Assembly: GCF_006345805.1 (NCBI RefSeq)
Contig: NW_021825775.1
Location: forward strand, 1 to 14,632
Origin: Octopus sinensis
Lineage: Eukaryota
Length of the DNA: 14,632 nucleotides
Reading direction: 5' to 3'
Below are positions 8,004-14,632 of this stretch, one piece after another. Positions within the stretch are counted from its first letter, which is position 1, and every line of letters starts with the position of its first letter. The notes under the pieces were generated by a model that was not told where the DNA came from, did not search any database, and saw only the letters and a program-made list of their open reading frames with translations. A program made the position numbers and the translations under genes.

Positions 8004-8383
8004 TATATATATATATATATTATATATACATATATATATATATATATACATACATACATATATACATGCATACATATATACATACATATATACATGCATT
8101 TATACATGTACACAAACGTACATTCATACATACGTATATACCTACATATATATATACATATATACATGCATGCATACACACATACATATATACATGCATA
8201 CATACATATATACATACATATATACATGCATACATACATGTACACAAACGTACATTCATACATACATACGTATATACATGCATATATATACATACATACA
8301 TACATACATACATACATACATACATACATAATATACATGCATATATATACATACATACATATATACATGCATACACACATTCA

Positions 8384-8417
<34 letters not shown>

Positions 8418-8478
8418 CATACACACACATACGCACACACATACATACACACTTACATTCATACATACATGCATATAT
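7645..8478. repeat. Large compound (TACA)n/(TA)n/(CATG) microsatellite
   Basis: Directly visible. It is the source of the many MYVC/HTYI ORFs. Confidence 0.95.
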
Positions 8479-8629
8479 GTAAAAAGCTGACCCTTTGCAA
8501 ACGAACCATTCTACGTCAGAAGTGCCATTCTGGAGAGAAGATCAATAGCATTAGAGGTGACATTGCCAAACATCATAAATGTGACATTTTTAGCAGATGT
8601 GATAATAATGGTGAAGTTGGATGAGAAGC

Positions 8630-8788
8630 ATGTATGTATGTGTGTGTGTGTGTGTATATATGTATATATGTATGTGTGTGTGTATATATGTATGTGTGTA
8701 TATATATATATATATATGTATGTATGCATGTATGTATGCATGCATGTATGTATGTGTGTGTATATACATGTATGTGTGTGTATATATG

Positions 8789-8822
<34 letters not shown>

Positions 8823-8848
8823 TGTATACAATCATGCATGCATGTGTG
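8630..8848. repeat. Compound (TATG)n/(TG)n/(TA)n microsatellite
   Basis: Directly visible. Confidence 0.95.
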
Positions 8849-9062
8849 TCCTTATGTTTGTATCCCACCCCTCCACCGCTCGGTAACTGGTGCTGGTTTG
8901 TTTGCATCAATGTAGTCTAGCGGTTCGGTAAAAAGACACCGATAGAATAAGTAATAGAATTAAATAATAAATATCGGAGTCCATTTGTTCGACTAAGACC
9001 CTTCAAAGCAGTGCCCTAGCCTGACTGCAATCCAGTGATCGGAACAAATGAAGGATGAAATA
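8849..9062 (+). mobile_element. 3' half of a diverged SINE family B copy
   Basis: CTAGCGGTTCGGTAAAAGACACCGATAGAATAAGTA...ATTTGTTCGACTAAGACCCTTCAAAGCAGTGCCC matches 3240-3345. Confidence 0.75.
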
Positions 9063-9085
9063 CGAAGGGAATATACATTTGAACG

Positions 9086-9322
9086 TTACTCTTTTACTTG
9101 TTTCAGTCATTTGACTGCGGCCATGCTGGAGCACCGCCTTTTAGTCGAGCAAATCGACCCCAGGACTTATTCTTTGGAAGACTAGTACTTATTCTATCGA
9201 TCTATTTTACCGAACCGCTAAGTTACGCGGACGTAAACACACCAGCATCGGTTGTCAAGCGATGTTGGGGGAACAAACACAGACATACAAACATATACAC
9301 ACAAATACATACATACAAACAT

Positions 9323-9357
<35 letters not shown>

Positions 9358-9561
9358 CACACGCATACACACATACATACATATATATATATATATATAC
9401 GACGGGCTTCTTTCAGTCTCCGTGTAACAAATCTACTCACAAGGCTTTGGTCGGCCCGAGGCTATAGTAGAAGACACTTGCCAAATGTGTCACACAATAG
9501 GACTGATCTCGGAGCCTTATGGTTGGCAAGCAAGCTACTTACCACACAGCCACTCCTGCGC
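9086..9561 (-). mobile_element. Full-length SINE family B with internal (CA)/(TA) microsatellite
   Basis: Minus strand begins GCGCAGGAGTGGCTGTGTGGTAAGTAGCTTG and ends ...CAGTCAAATGACTGAAACAAGTAAAAGAGTAA. A possible degenerate TSD is ATAT(TC)ACATTT on both sides. Confidence 0.88.
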
Positions 9562-9739
9562 ATATTCACATTTATAAATATATATGGCGCAGTCACAAGT
9601 TCTCATTGCAATATTATTTACATTGATGTTTCTACGTGCATTTCACTGCTATGCTTCTTTGGAGACCTGCAATAGACGTTCCAAACGCATATAGATGCTC
9701 AATCACAACGGAACCTCAGGGAACACTTTATCATTTTAA

Positions 9740-10134
9740 ATCATATATCGCCTGGCGTTGCTCGGGTTTGTTTCGACCTTTTAGAATTGGAATTTTTGAA
9801 AAGTAAAAATTCTGCATTATGTAGCTTGTTATTCTCTATAAGTGAACATTTTCCTGGTTGAAATACACCGAAAAATGGCGACACAGCAGTCAAAATATCG
9901 TAAAAAATACGGATTTTCATAGAAAAAAAGTACCTTTTTGATGTAAATAATTTTTGGTGTTAACATGGTCCGATTTGAATTTCATCTTCTACGGAATGAA
10001 AAGCAAGCCATCTTCTATCATACTCTCAATTTTGGTCAACTTGCGCCGCAGGTTCTCGGAGGAGATAGTATTAGTTGAAGGCTACCAAACCTGCCATACA
10101 CAGACAACTTCAGCTTTATATATATTGAGAGAGA
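9740..10134 (-). mobile_element. Non-autonomous Helitron-like element
   Basis: The minus-strand 5' end is A|TC..ATATATAAAGCTGAAG. The 3' end carries a GC-rich subterminal hairpin CCCGAGCAACGCCAGG (9766-9751), and the terminal CTAG is degenerate. A TC start plus a subterminal hairpin is the Helitron signature. Confidence 0.6.
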
Positions 10135-10182
10135 TAAATATATACAACGTAACAACCGCGATAGCTGAGGGATTACTTTATA

Positions 10183-10304
10183 GTCGAGTACAGAGCGTAA
10201 TAAGGGATTATATGCCAAGGGATCAAACAATTATATAATGAGGTTTATTAGATAATTTCTTGTTTCCTTATTATTTATGTAACTCATTACGCTTTGTACT
10301 CGTC
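10183..10304. mobile_element. Candidate 122-bp TA-flanked MITE
   Basis: TA-GTCGAGTACAGAGCGTAATAAG ... CTCATTACGCTTTGTACTCGTC-TA: 22-bp inverted ends with 3 mismatches and TA on both outer sides. Confidence 0.45.
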
Positions 10305-10381
10305 TAACGTTATTTTTGGAAGTATGTGTAAACTGAATTCAAACACCAGGTTATTAGTCTCGCTATGATTAAGCGAAATAA

Positions 10382-10596
<215 letters not shown>

Positions 10597-10734
10597 ATAT
10601 TATATTATATAATGTATTATTGTTATATATATCATATATATGTAGATTCACAGACACCCACACAATGCATATATACATATATACACATGATGGAAAGTGG
10701 GAAGAGAAATGGAGAAAGAAGGAGGAAGTGAGTA

Positions 10735-10736
<2 letters not shown>

Positions 10737-10779
<43 letters not shown>

Positions 10780-10780
10780 C

Positions 10781-10872
<92 letters not shown>
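10737..10872. repeat. (TA)n then (GA)n microsatellite
   Basis: Directly visible. Confidence 0.95.
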
Positions 10873-10873
<1 letters not shown>

Positions 10874-11029
10874 CTTGTAAATGTTTAGAAACAAAGCAAA
10901 ACAAATAAAAAATTGTATAAAAGTAAGAGAGCAAAGGTCAGGTGATGAAATGACACATTATTCAAAACATATTGTCTATTCTGTCTCCACTTGTCTTTTG
11001 AAACAGCTTAATGTCACTACACACAAAGA

Positions 11030-11104
11030 CACGCGCGCGCATACATACACACATATGCACACATACTCACATAAGGATGCATTTATATACATATACATGT
11101 GTGA

Positions 11105-11138
<34 letters not shown>

Positions 11139-11211
11139 GTGTGTGTGTATGTGTGTAATTATACATATATTTCACCCATATGTATATATGTATAATGTAT
11201 ATATATATATC

Positions 11212-11242
<31 letters not shown>

Positions 11243-11246
11243 ATAT

Positions 11247-11295
<49 letters not shown>

Positions 11296-11297
11296 GT

Positions 11298-11333
<36 letters not shown>

Positions 11334-11553
11334 ATATATATATATATATATTATATATATATATATATAATATGTGTATATATATAATATGTGTATATAC
11401 ATACACTCAGACGTACATATAGATATATACAAACACACAGGATCGCACATATACATATGTACAGATACATACGTACATACATGCTTACATGTAAATGTAT
11501 GTGTGTATGCATGTATATGTGTGTGTGTGTGAGAGAGAGAGTGTGTGTGTGTA
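11030..11553. repeat. Compound (TA)/(TG)/(CA) microsatellite region
   Basis: Directly visible. Confidence 0.9.
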
Positions 11554-11969
11554 CTGTTGCATTTGCGTGATGTGCGTTTGTAGTTGCTTGGTTTCCTTTC
11601 AACATTTTAATTTTTTGTTTTGCATTTTGTTTTTCCAGTTTGTAAAGCAGTAATTCTTCCTGTTTCATGAACTTAAATTTGGACCTTAAATTATTCCAAT
11701 GACCATTCTCACCTCCATGTTATGTTGGCCTTTCGTCTTTATTGTTAGAACAATAGCATATTTGTCGATTCTACGTTAACGAGGTCGTTCACCATCTATG
11801 CCAACCAGAGCTTCACAGTGTTCTGTTTTTTTAATCTCTTACTCCCTTTTTCATAGGCTAACGCAATTTTTCACAAACCCACTTGTTATACGATTCATCA
11901 AAATGAAATATGTTACAAAGACTGACTGTCGACATTAAATGACAATTGTACATGCTATTTTATCAATAC

Positions 11970-12296
11970 GATGGTCTCAAATTTTAACACACGGCCAGCA
12001 GTTTCAGGAATAAGTCGATTACATCGACCCCAGTTGGCCTCGGCGCCATTTGAACTCAGAAAGAAAGGACAGACGAAAAGCTATTTCTTTATCACCCACA
12101 AGGGGCTAAACACAGAGAGGACAAACAAGGACAGACAAACGGATTAAGTCGTTTATAACTGGTACTTATTTAATCGACCCCGAAACGATGTAAGGCAAAG
12201 TCGACCTCGGCGGAATTTGAACTCAGAACCTAGCGGCATACGAAAAGCTGCTAAACATTTTGCCCGGCGTGCTAACGATTCCCCCAGCATGCTGCC
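11970..12296 (-). mobile_element. SINE family A dimer (about 11970-12081 and 12082-12296)
   Basis: Same architecture as 3515-3900, with the TATTTCTTTATCACCCACAAGGGGCTAAAC tail starting at 12082. Confidence 0.82.
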
Positions 12297-12330
12297 TTGT
12301 CATTCTTGCAATAGCATATGAAGTATTAAA

Positions 12331-12540
12331 GTCGGCGAGCTGGCGAAATCGTTGGCATATACGGCAAAATGCTTAGCGACGTTTAGCCCGTATCTGAGTT
12401 CAAATTCCGCCGAGGTCGACTCTGCTTTTCATCATTTTGAGGTCGATAGAATAAATACCAGTTGATCACTGAGGTCGACGCAATCGACTTAGCCCTTCCA
12501 CCGAAAATAATGGCCTAGTACCAAAATTTGAAATCAATAT
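12331..12540 (+). mobile_element. SINE family A copy, plus strand
   Basis: GTCGGCGAGCTGGCGAAATCGTTGGC...CTGAGTTCAAATTCCGCCGAGGTCGAC...CCAAAATTTGAAATCAAT. Confidence 0.82.
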
Positions 12541-12566
12541 AATTTGAAGCGTGTAATCTTTTATCG

Positions 12567-12735
12567 ATCTACTTGTTTCCAGTCATTAGACTGTGGCCAT
12601 GCTGGAGCCTTAAAGAGTTTACGTAAACAAAGCAACCCCAGTTTAAAATTTAATGTTTGATGCTTACTCTATGAATTTTTCCTCCCGAAACCGCTAATTT
12701 AGGTTGACGTAACAATATCCATAATGGTTGTCAAA
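12567..12735 (-). mobile_element. Diverged 3' part of SINE family B
   Basis: TACTTGTTTCCAGTCATTAGACTGTGGCCATGCTGGAGC...GAAACCGCTAA...GGTTGTCAA is colinear with 9096-9258. Confidence 0.7.
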
Positions 12736-12739
12736 TTCA

Positions 12740-12864
12740 CACACACGCACGCACACACACACACGCGCACACATACATACACACACACACACATATATAT
12801 ATATACTTATGTGAGGGTTGTCTGTTTCCCTCTATGTGTGTGTATGTGTATGTATGTATATTAT

Positions 12865-12896
<32 letters not shown>

Positions 12897-12898
12897 CA

Positions 12899-12960
<62 letters not shown>
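12740..12960. repeat. Compound (CA)/(TA)/(TG)/(GA) microsatellite
   Basis: Directly visible. Confidence 0.9.
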
Positions 12961-12963
<3 letters not shown>

Positions 12964-13496
12964 GTGCTTTGGAACATATCTATAGCTCTATTAGCGAAAT
13001 CTTTACAATATATTCCTGCATAGCAAATGATTGTTATAGCCCTTTTTATTAGCACCCTTTGTAAGCAGTGTGTTCATGGGTAGTTAAGGAGGGTGCACAG
13101 TTTCTGACGACGATTCCAGGTGCAATCCAATATAGAGCATACGGTTCCAGGTCAAATACATCTCCGTAATATATATATATAGCTTCAGAATTTTTCTCCA
13201 TAATACATATTTATAACTTCAACCAATTCAGGGACGATACAACATGTAGGCAACGAATTAGTTAAGAGACTCTCTTTATTACAAAATACAGGCCCCTTTT
13301 GAATGCGTCTACAACAAACGAAATATCCACCACGGCATTAGAATAACACAAATACACACGCAAATATTAAAAATGATACACTCAAGAGATTCCCAAGAAT
13401 TCATTAAAAAACGGTCCCAATCACTGCTATAATCCATAACGAGCAAATTTTAAGCCATTTAAACATTTAACACCTTACTACTTTCATACTACCTAC

Positions 13497-13608
13497 ATTC
13501 CTTCTTATTCTCACTTCTTCTTCTTCTTCTTCTTCTTTTCTTCTTCTTCTTCTTCTTCTTCTTCTTCTTCTTCTTCTTCTTCTTCTTCTTCTTTTCTTCT
13601 TCTTCTTC
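13497..13608. repeat. (CTT)n trinucleotide microsatellite
   Basis: Directly visible. It explains the poly-K/R/E ORF. Confidence 0.95.
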
Positions 13609-13860
13609 TACCCAAGAATCACAACGGCCCCTCGAACCCACGAGAGAAACAAGAGAGACAGAGACAGGCAGACAGAAACAAGGAAAATGCCACTTGTATT
13701 TGAATACCATGCAAATATTCTTTAAAATACTTTCTCTTTTAATTTTTCCAAAATAATTGTTCCCATACTCGCAGTTGAAAAGGTCTCAATAACTAAAACC
13801 GGTACTGAAATGTTTTCATAAAAATTATTTTAGCATTTCTACCTTGATTTTTTTCCCCCA

Positions 13861-13932
13861 TATATATCTATACTATATCTTTATTATATATTATATATAT
13901 ATATAATATAATATATATATATATATATATTT

Positions 13933-13975
<43 letters not shown>

Positions 13976-14009
13976 TGTGTGTGTGTGTGTGTTGTGTGTG
14001 TGTGTGTAT

Positions 14010-14041
<32 letters not shown>

Positions 14042-14226
14042 ATATACATGTATATATATATATATATTATATATATATATATATATCACGTGACTGACCA
14101 GGCTATCAGATGTTGCTACACATCGCTGGTCACATGCGCTTCGCATTGTTTAGCCGTCAAATGACGCCAACCCGCTGGCTAAGCGAGCAGGCCATATATA
14201 TATATATATATATATATACATGCATG

Positions 14227-14272
<46 letters not shown>
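13861..14272. repeat. (TA)n/(TG)n microsatellite region containing a 107-bp GC-richer island (14087-14193)
   Basis: Directly visible. Confidence 0.9.
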
Positions 14273-14273
<1 letters not shown>

Positions 14274-14572
14274 GTTTTACCAACAGAACCGCAACTCGTA
14301 TTTCAGGATAACCTTATTGCATGGAATACACATGGAAAGTTATATCCAATAAAATAATATAAGCATTTCAAAAACCTACTATAAAATACAATAAAATTAT
14401 TTTAAAAATATAACGTAAAGTATACTAGCCATCTCAATATGGCTAACCACTAAGGGTGGGTGTTACTGTAGCTTTTAGCCCCAGGAGATCATCGTCTCCA
14501 GCTGGCTTTAGGTACATTTTCTGTGCCCTATGATATTTGCAAAGGGAGGTCATCCCTCTCTCGTAAACCTAA

Positions 14573-14632
14573 GTGATACGCACGGACTGCAGTTTCGAGG
14601 TATTTGCCTCTTGTCAACGTACGGTAATCAAC
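14573..14632 (-). ncRNA. Degenerate type I hammerhead ribozyme (palindromic loop TGCA; core C3U and G8A)
   Basis: Minus strand: ttgattacc GTACG TTGACAA GAGG caaata CCTC GAAA C TGCA G TC | CGTGC gtatcac. Stems I, II and III all pair. The core reads TTGACAA instead of CTGACGA, two transitions, one at a CpG. Predicted cleavage position is between 14585 and 14584. Confidence 0.65.

Noticed and set aside
13104-13165. CTGACGA near a TA tract
   Set aside because: There is no downstream stem II or GAAAC..GTH arrangement.

Overview
Repeat-dense, AT-rich eukaryotic non-coding DNA with no supportable protein-coding gene. Most ORFs in the supplied track are translations of microsatellites. The repeat set (tRNA-headed SINEs with internal microsatellites, TA/CA/CTAT tracts) looks like an octopus/coleoid cephalopod genome, which is my inference from recognition, not a search result. 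Contents: the decayed 5' half of a Tc1/mariner transposon with its TIR, a CR1/L2-type LINE 3' fragment, a 401-bp Mutator-like MITE with 131-bp TIRs and a perfect 9-bp TSD, a non-autonomous Helitron-like element, three tRNA-derived SINE families (many nested or chained copies) and many microsatellites. The best hidden signal is three unrelated minimal type I hammerhead ribozyme motifs on the minus strand (878-980, 2401-2491, 14573-14632). Each has a 2-bp helix III closed by a palindromic tetraloop, the form known from Penelope-like retroelements, and two sit in short islands embedded in (TA)n tracts. The second signal is a SINE subfamily whose 3' tail is repeatedly fused at fixed points in the head of another SINE copy, which suggests self-targeted insertion.
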